Assembly: GCA_964508765.1 (NCBI GenBank)
Contig: CAZDVD010000007.1
Location: 13,262-77,261 of the forward strand
Direction: 5' to 3'
DNA: 64,000 bases
DNA from: an uncultured Lentisphaeria bacterium
GTDB lineage: Bacteria; Fidelibacterota; UBA8477; JABMPR01
The notes under the pieces are model-generated. The model made no database searches. It saw only the letters and a program-made list of their open reading frames with translations, and was not told the origin of the DNA. The translations under genes were made by a program, and so were the position numbers. This document shows, one piece after another, positions 22,496 to 32,607 of the stretch. The stretch's first letter is position 1; the number at the start of each line of letters is the position of its first letter.

Positions 22496-23848
22496 TTGAG
22501 CCACGAGCTTTGGGGTAATGTAAAGACTGTACTGGAAACAAGGGTAGCGAATCAGACGTTCCAGACCTGGTTTCAGCCGATGACACAACTAGCCGAAGAC
22601 CAAGAGGTATTAACCCTCAAGGTCCCGAACCAGTTTTTCTATGACTGGATGAAATCTCACTATGGTGAAATCATACAAAGCACACTGGCAGAAGTCAGTG
22701 GGAGACCCATGCGGGTTGAATACTCCATTGTGTTGGATGATAGTGTTAACATGCAGGCACCAGAACCTTTTTATGAACCGGAAAAACCCGTCCTTCGTAC
22801 CAAGGGCTTTGAAACCAACCTGAACGAACAATTCACTTTTTCAAATTTTGTCGAAGGCCCCAACAACCAGTTTGCCAAGGCAGCCGCGGAAGCCGTGGTA
22901 AACTCTAACGACAACAACATGTATAACCCTCTTGTTATTTATGGTGGTGTTGGATTGGGAAAAACCCACCTCATACATGCCATCGGGAATGCCTATCATC
23001 AGTTTAACCCCAACAAACGGGTTTTGTACATTTCATCTGAAAAATTCACAATGGACTTTATCAGCGCGATTCGTGAGAACAAAGCGGGGCTTTTCAGTCA
23101 GAGATATCGAAAAACCGACTTGCTCATCGTGGATGATGTTCAGTTCTTTAAGAAGAAAGAGCGTACCCAAGAAGAGTTTTTCCACACTTTTAATGATCTG
23201 CACATGAATGGGAAGCGTATCATTCTTTCCACGGATCGTCCCCCTGGCGAGATTGGACTCCAAAAAAGATTAACCTCAAGATTTATGGCCGGTCTCTCTG
23301 TGGACATTACCTCTCCAGACTTTGAAACCCGGGTAGCCATCCTGCGCCAAAAGTCTGAGGAAAGCGGCATTGAAATGCCTTATGATGTGATTGAATATCT
23401 GGCCACCAATATTGAAAGCAATATCCGAGAGCTTCAGGGCGCCCTGATTCGTTTGTTGGCTTACTCGTCCCTGGCAAAAAGCGACATTAATCTACAACTT
23501 GCCCATAAGGTCCTTATGGACCTCACCGGTAAGATTGCCAAACCCATCGTGAGTATGGAAGATGTTTTGAACAACTGCTCCGAATCATTTGGCGTGAAAA
23601 AAGATGATATCTATGGTAAGGGGCGCAAACAGGAAGTGGCCCTGGCCAGACAAGCTGCCATGTACCTTTCGAAAGAACTCACCCACAATTCACTTAAATC
23701 CATTGGTCTGTTTTATGGTGGCCGTGATCACTCCACGGTGATTCATGCATGTAAAACAATCAAAATAAAAATGGATGAGAACGATATTTTTAATGCCGAG
23801 ATCAAGGCGATGTTACGTCGTTTGTCTGGTCCAGTCATGCGTTCCTGA
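22496..23848 (+). CDS. dnaA: Chromosomal replication initiator DnaA
   Basis: AAA+ Walker A (GGVGLGKTHL), sensor motifs and a C-terminal DNA-binding domain. It appears to start with TTG at 22496. Confidence 0.9.
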   Translation: MSHELWGNVKTVLETRVANQTFQTWFQPMTQLAEDQEVLTLKVPNQFFYDWMKSHYGEIIQSTLAEVSGRPMRVEYSIVLDDSVNMQAPEPFYEPEKPVLRTKGFETNLNEQFTFSNFVEGPNNQFAKAAAEAVVNSNDNNMYNPLVIYGGVGLGKTHLIHAIGNAYHQFNPNKRVLYISSEKFTMDFISAIRENKAGLFSQRYRKTDLLIVDDVQFFKKKERTQEEFFHTFNDLHMNGKRIILSTDRPPGEIGLQKRLTSRFMAGLSVDITSPDFETRVAILRQKSEESGIEMPYDVIEYLATNIESNIRELQGALIRLLAYSSLAKSDINLQLAHKVLMDLTGKIAKPIVSMEDVLNNCSESFGVKKDDIYGKGRKQEVALARQAAMYLSKELTHNSLKSIGLFYGGRDHSTVIHACKTIKIKMDENDIFNAEIKAMLRRLSGPVMRS

Positions 23849-23869
23849 CCCAAACAAGGAGAACTAAAC

Positions 23870-24331
23870 ATGTTAAGTGTTGGAGATAAAGCCCCGAATT
23901 TTATGCTCAATGATCAGAATGAAAATATCGTCCAGTTGTCTGACTTTAAAGGTCAAAAGCTGGTTATCTATTTTTATCCAAAAGACCAGACTCCCGGCTG
24001 CATCAAGGAGGCCTGCAGTTTTCGTGACAATATCGAGGCCTACAAAAAACGTAACATTGCCGTTTTGGGTGTCAGTATTGATAGTGAGAAATCACATCTG
24101 AATTTTATCGCCAAACAAGAGCTGAACTTTCCACTGCTGGCTGACGTTGAAAAGGCGATGGTAAAAAACTATGAAGTCTGGGGTGAGAAATCCATGTATG
24201 GGCGTAAATATATGGGCACTTTTAGAAAAACTTTTTTGATTAATGAATCTGGATCCATCGATAAAATTTATGAGAATGTCAAAGTCGCAACCCATGCCGA
24301 GGACGTTTTAAAAGACTGGGAGCTCAGCTAA
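23870..24331 (+). CDS. bcp: Peroxiredoxin Bcp (thiol peroxidase, AhpC/TSA family)
   Basis: FYPKDQTPGCIKEACSF peroxidatic-Cys motif. Confidence 0.8.
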   Translation: MLSVGDKAPNFMLNDQNENIVQLSDFKGQKLVIYFYPKDQTPGCIKEACSFRDNIEAYKKRNIAVLGVSIDSEKSHLNFIAKQELNFPLLADVEKAMVKNYEVWGEKSMYGRKYMGTFRKTFLINESGSIDKIYENVKVATHAEDVLKDWELS

Positions 24332-24337
24332 ACCCAC

Positions 24338-25306
24338 ATGTCAATTTCTGCCAGAATCTTTTCATCGTCTGATACCTTTGTCTGGGAACACTTTGTTGCC
24401 ACAGCCAACAACGGCACCATGTTTCACGAGAGAAAGTTCCTGGGATATCATCCCGAAGGTCGTTTTAAAGACCACAGCTTGATCCTTGAAAAGAATGGGA
24501 AATTAAAGGCGCTTTTTCCTGCAGCTGAAATTCAAACAGGTGATGGTCTCGCTTTGGTCAGTCATCAGGGGTCTTCCTATGGTGGCATCATCGTTCAGCA
24601 GAACTTGAGTTTTCAGGAAAGCTATGATTTTGTAGAAGCCATTTGTGAATATGCCAAACAGGCGGGGTTTAACAGAATACAAATGACCCTGCCCCCGGCT
24701 ATCTATCAGCATACCGTCAGCAATTATCTCGACTTTTCTCTCATTACCCATGGCTTTACCTATAAAAAACGTGATGTCTCATCCATGCTTACCATCGAGT
24801 CATCTCCAGAGAAAAACCTGGAACGATTTGCCGCCTCTCACAGAACGGCGGTACGTAAGGCCATCAAACAGGATGTCACGGTCCGGGAATCTGACGACTG
24901 GGCTGATTTCTACCACTTGTTAAAAGAAAATCTAAACATTCGCCATAATGTGCAGCCCACTCACAGCCTGGATGAACTACTTCAACTGAAAGCTTTGTAC
25001 CCAGAGCGCATCAGGCTTTTTGGGGCCTATTGGGACGAAAAACTCATCGCTGGCGTGGTAAACTTTTCTGTCAACAAAGATGTGGTTCTGGCTTTTTATA
25101 TCAGCCATATCGAAGAATACCAACACCTCCGGGCAGTGAATCTCTTGTTTTATGAGATCATCACCTGGTGTCACGAGCATTGTTACAGTTATCTGGATTT
25201 TGGTATTTTCACTGTAAACATGGAACCCAATTTCGGACTGGGTCGATTTAAAGAAAATTTCGGTGCCAGCGGCGTATTCCGTGATACCTTTGAGCTTAAT
25301 TTTTGA
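24338..25306 (+). CDS. Hypothetical FemAB-like / GNAT-fold acyltransferase family protein
   Basis: 322 aa at the head of the glycan cluster, with a weak resemblance to the FemAB/BioF2-like acetyltransferase fold. No diagnostic motif, so this is a tentative call. Confidence 0.3.
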   Translation: MSISARIFSSSDTFVWEHFVATANNGTMFHERKFLGYHPEGRFKDHSLILEKNGKLKALFPAAEIQTGDGLALVSHQGSSYGGIIVQQNLSFQESYDFVEAICEYAKQAGFNRIQMTLPPAIYQHTVSNYLDFSLITHGFTYKKRDVSSMLTIESSPEKNLERFAASHRTAVRKAIKQDVTVRESDDWADFYHLLKENLNIRHNVQPTHSLDELLQLKALYPERIRLFGAYWDEKLIAGVVNFSVNKDVVLAFYISHIEEYQHLRAVNLLFYEIITWCHEHCYSYLDFGIFTVNMEPNFGLGRFKENFGASGVFRDTFELNF

Positions 25307-25364
25307 TTGAGCCCAGGAGGATAAACTGGCCATAAAACCATTCACCCGTAAGCAGCACTATCTC

Positions 25365-26924
25365 GTGCTGTTTGTCCTGTTACTCATTACCGTCGCACCA
25401 CGGCTGCAATTTCAGGGACCCTACCTTTATAATGGAGATCCCGTCGCCTATTTTTCTGGAGCTGAAAGTCTTCTGGAAGATGGTAAGTATCTCATAGACG
25501 GGAAAACACCGATCTGGCCTATTGGCACCAGCCTGACCCTGATTCCCTTTATGCAGCTAAGCAAGGCACTGGGAGGCTCTACTGAGTCTGGTGCTTTCTG
25601 GCACGGGATGTTTTTCATCTTTCTCGCAGTGGCTTTCACCTATTTATTAGGAAAAAGAGTCTTTAATCCAGCTACTGGAATCATTGCGGCCATTTTTGTT
25701 TCGCTGGCGGAGAGTCCCTTCATCAATAGCATAAACTCGGCATCTGATCCAGGCTCCCTGGCCATGCTGTTGGGTGCGATTTATCTCATGCTTTTGTTCC
25801 TGGATACACAAAGTCCCAGAGACTTGTTCCTTTCCTTCTTTATGTTGGGCCTGGCCTTTGTTTTTCGCTGGAATTATGTATTCTTTTTGCCCCTCTTTCT
25901 TGTCTATCTCGTTGGTGATCGTCGGATCTGGGCCTTTCATCTCTACCCTTCTTTCTGGCTTTTAGGATTTTTTGGATTCCTGGCTGGCATATCCATTCAA
26001 CTGGTTACCAATTATGCGCATTTCGGAAATCCATTTCAAATTGGCTACGGTCAGCTTGATTATAGCGAGCAATTTGTTTTCAATGTTTTTGTCTATATAA
26101 AGAACATCGTTCGCATCATGTATCGCATGTTATTCACATGGGATTTCTTCTCACCTCTCCTGGCTATGTTTGGTGTCTTGGCCATTATTGGCCTGTGGAA
26201 GGAAAGACGAAGAGATGTTTTCTGGCTGATTGTGCCCTGGGTTGTTTTGGGCTCACTTTCAGTAATATACTTTGGCGTCAAACCACGCCTGCTTATGCCC
26301 ATCATGCCAGCCATGTTTCTTATTGGTGCAGAAGGCATTGTTCGGGCTTTTTACTCACTTAGAAAAACACTGTTATCAAGCGGTGTGTCATCAAGAGTAA
26401 CGGTGGTGGCATTTGTCTTGATGGGAATTATTCTCTTTTCACCCATGTTTGTCCGCACACTGCTCCATTCTCACGGACACTTCCAGGATAAGGTTGTCAT
26501 GCAAAAAGCTTTTCGCTGGGCGGGTAATAACATGCCGAATCCAGAAACCAAAATCATTACTCAGCCCTACTATGCTGGACAGAACGCCGATTGGCTTCGG
26601 GCTGGCTGGGATGTCTGGGCCTCCAAACGCTATTCTGGACGCAATATAAAGTCTCTTGAATTTCCAGAGACCTGGGCAACAGGTGCTGACTGGGCCGTTG
26701 TGAATCGGTTTTGGTTTGAGGGCAGTAGTGTGCGTTTTGAAAACTCACGCGAGATGGCCACCCGCTTTGACTCCCTGTGTACTGCCCGAAACTATGAGCT
26801 AAAAAAGACTTTCGAATCTGAGTCAGAACCCCTGTTTCTGAAAAAACTCAACATGTTGACCTATTACCCCGTTGATTTTCTTGAATATCGACCCCTGTTT
26901 GAAGTTTGGGGTCCTGCTGAATGA
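25365..26924 (+). CDS. GT-C fold membrane glycosyltransferase (PMT/ArnT-like, GT39/GT83-like)
   Basis: About 11 TM helices at the N-terminus, an early periplasmic-loop acidic motif and a C-terminal soluble domain. Confidence 0.45.
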   Translation: MLFVLLLITVAPRLQFQGPYLYNGDPVAYFSGAESLLEDGKYLIDGKTPIWPIGTSLTLIPFMQLSKALGGSTESGAFWHGMFFIFLAVAFTYLLGKRVFNPATGIIAAIFVSLAESPFINSINSASDPGSLAMLLGAIYLMLLFLDTQSPRDLFLSFFMLGLAFVFRWNYVFFLPLFLVYLVGDRRIWAFHLYPSFWLLGFFGFLAGISIQLVTNYAHFGNPFQIGYGQLDYSEQFVFNVFVYIKNIVRIMYRMLFTWDFFSPLLAMFGVLAIIGLWKERRRDVFWLIVPWVVLGSLSVIYFGVKPRLLMPIMPAMFLIGAEGIVRAFYSLRKTLLSSGVSSRVTVVAFVLMGIILFSPMFVRTLLHSHGHFQDKVVMQKAFRWAGNNMPNPETKIITQPYYAGQNADWLRAGWDVWASKRYSGRNIKSLEFPETWATGADWAVVNRFWFEGSSVRFENSREMATRFDSLCTARNYELKKTFESESEPLFLKKLNMLTYYPVDFLEYRPLFEVWGPAE

Positions 26925-28378
26925 GTAAAACAGCTTCAAGCATTAAACAACTCTCCAAACACACTCTGGTTTATGGGATTGGCAATATTCTCAACAGGGG
27001 GATGACTTTTCTTCTTCTACCATTCTACACCAATCTCATTGCCACGGAAGAGTATGGTATCTACAGTCTGATTTACTCATTTATTGCTTTGGTCAATGTG
27101 TTTTTTATCCACGGCATGGATACAGCGTTTATGCGGTTTTTTATCCCTGAAAAGGACATAGAACAACGCAAACAAATTTTAAACACTGTCTATACAAGTA
27201 TTTTTGTTTCAACCTTTCTCTTATCAACAGCCGTTTATCTGCTGCTGCCCACATTCTCAGAAGGCTTTTTGTCGGTTCCCTCAGGATCAATAATACTGAC
27301 CTACCTGACCTTGATTATTCTTTTTGATGGACTAGCCTTTCTACCTATTGTTTATTATCGCGCCGTCAATAAACCAGTAAACTATGTACTCATCGTCTTT
27401 GTAGAGGTGGTTGTTAATCTATCTCTAAATATCTATTTCGTGGCCATTCAAAAAATGGGTCTTACGGGAATTCTATTATCCAACGCCATTAGTTCTGGAG
27501 CCAAGTTTTTACTCAGCTCTCCTGTGCTCTGGCGGGAGTTTCGTTTCCGGTGGGACAAGGTTATCTGGCGGGATATTCTCAAATATGGATTGCCCACTGT
27601 CCCAGCAGTGTTTTTTCTAATTCTTATTACTGTGAGTGATCGTTTTCTAATCAAGCATTTCCTGGGAGAGCATACTGTAGGTCTATACGCCTCGGGTTAC
27701 AAGATCGGTGTGGTCATGGCTTTGTTGATTACGGCCTTTCGCTTCGCTTGGCAGCCTTTTTACCTTTCAAGGGGAGAGGATCCAGACGCGCCTTATCTCT
27801 TTGCTAAAATCTTTACACTGTTTGTTGCAGTAACAGGCTTTATTTATCTGGCGGTGTCTCTTGTGTTGGTGGATTTACTGATGATACCCTGGGGAGGCAT
27901 TTATATAATTGCACCCAGTTATCATGAAGGCTTAAAAGTTGTGCCCTTTGTTTTGCTGGGGAATATGCTCTTTGGCTTATCGCAAAATTTTATCGTAGGG
28001 GCATACATCAAAAAGAAAACCATGTATATCCCCCTTTTTACAGGGGTTGGTTTCCTCGTAAATATCACCGCTAATGTGGTTTTTCTTTCTGTTTTTGAGT
28101 GGGGCTTTCTTTCTGCAGGATACGCTCTGGTGTTGACCTATATCATACAGGGCATTATCATCTATTTTACGGTCCGTCGGTTTTTCCCGATTCCCTATGA
28201 TTTTATCAAAATGATCAAGACCTTTGCCGTTTTAGCAGCCTTGTTTTTCACGCCACTTGTGACGGGGGTTGAAAACCTCTGGTTCAATCTCTTGCTTGTA
28301 GTGGTTTACTTCCCTGTCCTGGATTGGGTGGGTGTTCTCTCGCTTCGACAAATTTCAGGAGAGCTCCTTAAGCGCTAA
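26921..28378 (+). CDS. Polysaccharide biosynthesis protein / Wzx-like oligosaccharide flippase (MOP superfamily)
   Basis: A 12-14 TM protein with a typical Wzx N-terminus (LSKHTLVYGIGNILNRGMTFLLLPFYTNLI). Confidence 0.6.
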   Translation: MSKTASSIKQLSKHTLVYGIGNILNRGMTFLLLPFYTNLIATEEYGIYSLIYSFIALVNVFFIHGMDTAFMRFFIPEKDIEQRKQILNTVYTSIFVSTFLLSTAVYLLLPTFSEGFLSVPSGSIILTYLTLIILFDGLAFLPIVYYRAVNKPVNYVLIVFVEVVVNLSLNIYFVAIQKMGLTGILLSNAISSGAKFLLSSPVLWREFRFRWDKVIWRDILKYGLPTVPAVFFLILITVSDRFLIKHFLGEHTVGLYASGYKIGVVMALLITAFRFAWQPFYLSRGEDPDAPYLFAKIFTLFVAVTGFIYLAVSLVLVDLLMIPWGGIYIIAPSYHEGLKVVPFVLLGNMLFGLSQNFIVGAYIKKKTMYIPLFTGVGFLVNITANVVFLSVFEWGFLSAGYALVLTYIIQGIIIYFTVRRFFPIPYDFIKMIKTFAVLAALFFTPLVTGVENLWFNLLLVVVYFPVLDWVGVLSLRQISGELLKR

Positions 28379-28482
28379 CTGCCCCTTGCAGACCATGTGG
28401 AGGATTCATTTTTCATCTGATGCGAGGAGTTCAGTGTTTAAACAATCCTTAACCAACACACTCACGGTACTACAAAGAACCC

Positions 28483-29016
28483 TTATTCCTTTACAACCCT
28501 GGCAGGATTGCCTGCTGCAACCACATTAGCTGGAATATCTTTGGTAACTACTGAACCGGCACCAATGGCTACATTCTTACCAATGGTTACACCTGGAAGA
28601 ATCACCGCGTGAGCACCAATTCTTACATTTTCTTTGATTGTGATATCACCTACTGAACCAGCGTGCGACAAGGTGCTTTCTGTCATGGATTTGGAAAAGG
28701 AATCAGCTGTCATAAACACATCAGGTCCGATCATGACACCATTAGAAAGAGAAATTTTAGTGTCAGGTCCTGCATAGAGTCGATTATTATGATTGATAAG
28801 ACAATTTTCCCCAAGCGTAATATTTTCAGGATAGGCAAAAACAGCTGTGGGAGAGATGGTGGTATTTTTCCCAATGCCAGCAATCTTTGGGATGGCTAAA
28901 ACATTATCATGAACAAAAAAACGAAAGCGCTTGATGCTCTGAATCCAAAAGAGTGGGGAAAAAAGGACCTGAATGATTAAAAAGATAGATCGCACCACAA
29001 AAGACTCCTTCAACAA
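28483..29016 (-). CDS. Hexapeptide-repeat (left-handed beta-helix) sugar O-acetyltransferase
   Basis: Repeated [LIV]G-x-x-x-x hexapeptides, similar to WbbJ and maltose acetyltransferase. Confidence 0.7.
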   Translation of the reverse strand: MLKESFVVRSIFLIIQVLFSPLFWIQSIKRFRFFVHDNVLAIPKIAGIGKNTTISPTAVFAYPENITLGENCLINHNNRLYAGPDTKISLSNGVMIGPDVFMTADSFSKSMTESTLSHAGSVGDITIKENVRIGAHAVILPGVTIGKNVAIGAGSVVTKDIPANVVAAGNPARVVKE

Positions 29017-29105
29017 CGACTTTACGCTTAAATCATGAATTCAACCATGTAAATATTAGAGACCCAAAAAAATAGACCACATCCATTGAGACCCTAGACA
29101 ATTGA

Positions 29106-30329
29106 TCAAAAGGGGTATTCCAGCGGAACCCAGGGAATGCTTACAGATTTCCTTCCACTTTCATCTGGTGGATTCACTTGTAGCGCGACACTATCCCCAT
29201 CAACAAACACTTGTAGTAAAGCAGGCTCGTTACAATACAAACAGAGCCCCTGAAGGTCAATAGTTGATAAGGCCCGATGATCGTCGCGTCCCAGAAGAAT
29301 TTTTAATCGTCCGGAGCCGTGTTCAATGTTTAAAGTCAAATGTTGGATCAAATTTGCATAGGTCAATAACCTAGATGAAGTGGTTACCAAGAGAGACCGT
29401 CTTTGAGCAAACTCCTGCAGCCGCCGAAAAACCTCTAAGACGCGGGGTGGAAACGCCCCTCCCTCAGGCAGATTCTCATTCATATGGGTGTAAAGCAACA
29501 TAAAGCCATTGCTATTGACCAACGAGGCTAGAACGGCATCTGTGAGCTGGAGGGCAAGATCGTGAAAGTCGGTGTTTATAACCTCTCCATATCTAGAGAT
29601 AAAGCGCTGGAATTCTAAAATTTGACTCCCATCCTCCATTTTCGTTGGAATCAAAAGGCGATTAAGGGGGTCGGGAAGTGGTCGCTGGGTTTTTCGATAC
29701 TTGGTTATTAAAGCCAGCCTTTGGAGTCGTTGCTGAAACTGGTTCCCAAGTGAAAAAGTAGCATCCTGCCCAGCAACGTGGGTGGTGCGTCCTGCCCAAA
29801 AAAAACGGGTACCATATTCACGAAGAAGATCCAGGTGATAGGCCTTACTGTTTGGTTTCCCACCATGAAAATCCGGATAATTCCCGACCTTCTGATGATT
29901 CAGATCATTTCCGTGGTTTACCCAAACCGGAAGATGAACCCCATGATGTTCTAAAACCTCTATGGCCTGTTCAGCAAATCGTCGCTCAAAGCCACCGGCA
30001 TTAAAATTTCCATAACCATGTTGGGTGTCCATATGGCCGGATTGCCATAAATCACGACAAAATGGGGCAAAACGAGATTCGTTTTGTGTTAAACCTTTAA
30101 AATAACTGAGTTGATCATCATCTTCGCCATTGTAAAACCAAAAACTGTTGGAAACCTCCAGGTTTAGCCCTTTACCATAAACAGTGTTTTGATCTGTGTT
30201 GAGAAAGCGCATGAACTCCACATAGGCTGGTAGTGACACAGCATGATCTACATCGCTGCAAATAGAAAACATAGATTTATAGGGAAAAGGAAATTTTCTA
30301 AGAGAGATGTTGTTTTCTGGCTTTGACAT
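29106..30329 (-). CDS. Hypothetical protein, possibly a carbohydrate-active hydrolase or deacetylase
   Basis: 407-aa ORF with coding-like composition inside the glycan cluster. Family not recognised. Confidence 0.4.
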   Translation of the reverse strand: MSKPENNISLRKFPFPYKSMFSICSDVDHAVSLPAYVEFMRFLNTDQNTVYGKGLNLEVSNSFWFYNGEDDDQLSYFKGLTQNESRFAPFCRDLWQSGHMDTQHGYGNFNAGGFERRFAEQAIEVLEHHGVHLPVWVNHGNDLNHQKVGNYPDFHGGKPNSKAYHLDLLREYGTRFFWAGRTTHVAGQDATFSLGNQFQQRLQRLALITKYRKTQRPLPDPLNRLLIPTKMEDGSQILEFQRFISRYGEVINTDFHDLALQLTDAVLASLVNSNGFMLLYTHMNENLPEGGAFPPRVLEVFRRLQEFAQRRSLLVTTSSRLLTYANLIQHLTLNIEHGSGRLKILLGRDDHRALSTIDLQGLCLYCNEPALLQVFVDGDSVALQVNPPDESGRKSVSIPWVPLEYPF

Positions 30330-30640
30330 AATTCAACCAATCTATATGGAACAAAACCAAGACGAAAAAGGTTTTTAAAGAAAGATTGTTTTTGTCAGAC
30401 GGATTCTGATGATCAGGCCCAGAATGAAAAAAGAATTCAATCTTTTTTAACTGTGAAAAATAAAAATGACGTTCTTAATCAATGGCAAAGACAATATGTT
30501 TTGTTTAATGTGATCACAATGTACTTCATCCCGAGAGGTTTGGCTTTAATTTCTCAGGATCAACCACACGAAAGGAAAACACATTTACTTGTGAGAAGAT
30601 TCAATAATAGCCAGGCAACCCTTCTGGGTGATCAAAAATA

Positions 30641-31513
30641 ATGGTTTCTATCATACTCCCGGTTTATAAAGATCAAAAGAATCTCAATCGGATGCTCATT
30701 GAGCTTCGGGCAAATAAAACAGACCTGATATGGGAACTGATAGTTGTTGATGACGGATCCTCAACACCCCTGACTCTAGGCGACAACCCTCTGGCAAACT
30801 GGCAAATCATCCATCATAAGTCTCAGAGAGGGGCTGCTACGTCGCGGAATAGTGGTGTGAAACAGGCTGGCGGAGAGTTTCTCATTCTACTTTCTGTTTT
30901 TTTGAAAATACCCAAAGATTATCTTAGTCGAGTCTCAGCGTTCATTGAATCTAACCAGTTTGACTTTGCCCAACATCTGCTTGAGCCAGATCCCGGCTTG
31001 CCGCTCACTGAATTTCAGGTCTTTTTGTCCGGCCAAAAAGAACGACTATCCCCACAACCAGACACACTACCCATCAAAAATAGCTTGTTTACAGCCGCGA
31101 TTATCAAAAAGGAGGTGTACTGTTATGTGAAGGGGTTTGATGAAAGCATGAATCATTATGGCGGACATGAAATAGACCTGGTTTATCGTTTGGATCAAGC
31201 AGGATTCAAGAACCGAAGGATTATTCCAGATTTCCCCCTTCAGCGGGTCAAAATAGAAAACCATAAAAAGATACAGGTCCGACTTCAAGAATATGGAAAG
31301 ATTGGCTTGCCAGCGCTCCTGAAGAAACATCCCGAGCTGAAAAAGATGATTCTACTTTACCCCGGAGTATGGTCATTCATGAAAATGTTTGGACTTCCAA
31401 AATTAATCGAAGAACGATTGGCTAAACAAATCGAACAAGATATAGAGTTGTCTAAAAGACAGTATCGTCTGTATCTACACCTATTGGTAAGGAACGCATG
31501 GGACGCCCGCTAA
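30641..31513 (+). CDS. Family 2 glycosyltransferase
   Basis: N-terminal IILPVYKDQKNL ... VVDDGSS GT-A signature. Confidence 0.7.
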   Translation: MVSIILPVYKDQKNLNRMLIELRANKTDLIWELIVVDDGSSTPLTLGDNPLANWQIIHHKSQRGAATSRNSGVKQAGGEFLILLSVFLKIPKDYLSRVSAFIESNQFDFAQHLLEPDPGLPLTEFQVFLSGQKERLSPQPDTLPIKNSLFTAAIIKKEVYCYVKGFDESMNHYGGHEIDLVYRLDQAGFKNRRIIPDFPLQRVKIENHKKIQVRLQEYGKIGLPALLKKHPELKKMILLYPGVWSFMKMFGLPKLIEERLAKQIEQDIELSKRQYRLYLHLLVRNAWDAR

Positions 31514-32607
31514 AAATTCTCTATTTGCGCTCTGAAAATACCTCAGGGACCCTCCAGCTCTTTGTGGATGCCCACAGGAAACTGGGGAATGAAGCCAACT
31601 TTGTGACCCTCTTTCCTACAGCCGAGGGTTTTCCCGAAGACATTTGTTTAGACCTCCCCCTGCTACCTAAATCAGATAGCTTTAAAAAGGCCAAAAGCTT
31701 TTTGACTGATGAAAGCAAACTGTATGAGGATGCTGAGGGCTATCCGCCAGAGTGGAAACCGTCTTTCCAGAGAGCCCTCTTTTTTGCCATGCGAGACCAG
31801 CTCTGGAAACCCTTACTGAAGAAGTATTTCAAGAAACACGGCCTCCTGGATTATGACATTTACCACCTTGAAGGCGGACACGGATTTTTGAGAACATCAG
31901 CTTGGCCTTTTGATGAGTTGAAAAAGCAGGGTAAGCACATCATTGCCAACTATCATGGCGTGGACATGCGCACCCGAGGCGTTTTCCCCCGGATTGATAA
32001 GCTGGTGGATATCAACACATCGAGCGAGCTGGATCTTTTGGAAAAGCACTCCAATATGGAATATGTGTTTTTACCTTTTGAAGTGAATAACCACACGCCT
32101 CGATTTGAGCTCAACAAGCCCTTGAAAATTTGTCATGCCACCAGAGACCGCTACTGGAAAGGTTCCGATATCATTATTGAAGCATGTCAAAAACTGGAAA
32201 AGAATCACGGTGTCGAATTTGTCTTGATTGAAAACGAGCCTCACGCTGTGACACTTCAGAAGAAGGCAGCATGTGATATTTATATAGATCAAGTTGCCAA
32301 TCTTGGTGGTTGGGGTTACGGGATGAACTCGGTGGAGTCTTTTTCCATGGGCCTGGCCTGTTGCACCAACCTCATCCCACAATATGAAACCTTTCTGGGA
32401 AAACACCCTTTTGTGAATATCCACAAGGAAACGCTTTATGAAGACCTGGTAAAGTTGATCTCAGATAGGGATCTGGTTATTCAAAAAAAGAAAGCTGGTA
32501 GAGCCTGGGTAGAGCAGACCCATAGTGTTGAAGCGGTGATACGATCCGTCTATAATATTTACCTCAAGCAGAACTGGATAAAGGAATTACCTCGTGACCT
32601 GGCCTAA
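31498..32607 (+). CDS. Hypothetical protein in the glycan cluster (possible glycosyltransferase)
   Basis: 369-aa ORF, translationally coupled to its neighbours. No diagnostic motif recognised. Confidence 0.35.
   Translation: MGRPLKILYLRSENTSGTLQLFVDAHRKLGNEANFVTLFPTAEGFPEDICLDLPLLPKSDSFKKAKSFLTDESKLYEDAEGYPPEWKPSFQRALFFAMRDQLWKPLLKKYFKKHGLLDYDIYHLEGGHGFLRTSAWPFDELKKQGKHIIANYHGVDMRTRGVFPRIDKLVDINTSSELDLLEKHSNMEYVFLPFEVNNHTPRFELNKPLKICHATRDRYWKGSDIIIEACQKLEKNHGVEFVLIENEPHAVTLQKKAACDIYIDQVANLGGWGYGMNSVESFSMGLACCTNLIPQYETFLGKHPFVNIHKETLYEDLVKLISDRDLVIQKKKAGRAWVEQTHSVEAVIRSVYNIYLKQNWIKELPRDLA

Noticed and set aside
30453-30641. 62-aa ORF immediately upstream of the GT2 gene
   Set aside because: It is short and has no recognisable features, so it is likely 5' leader sequence.
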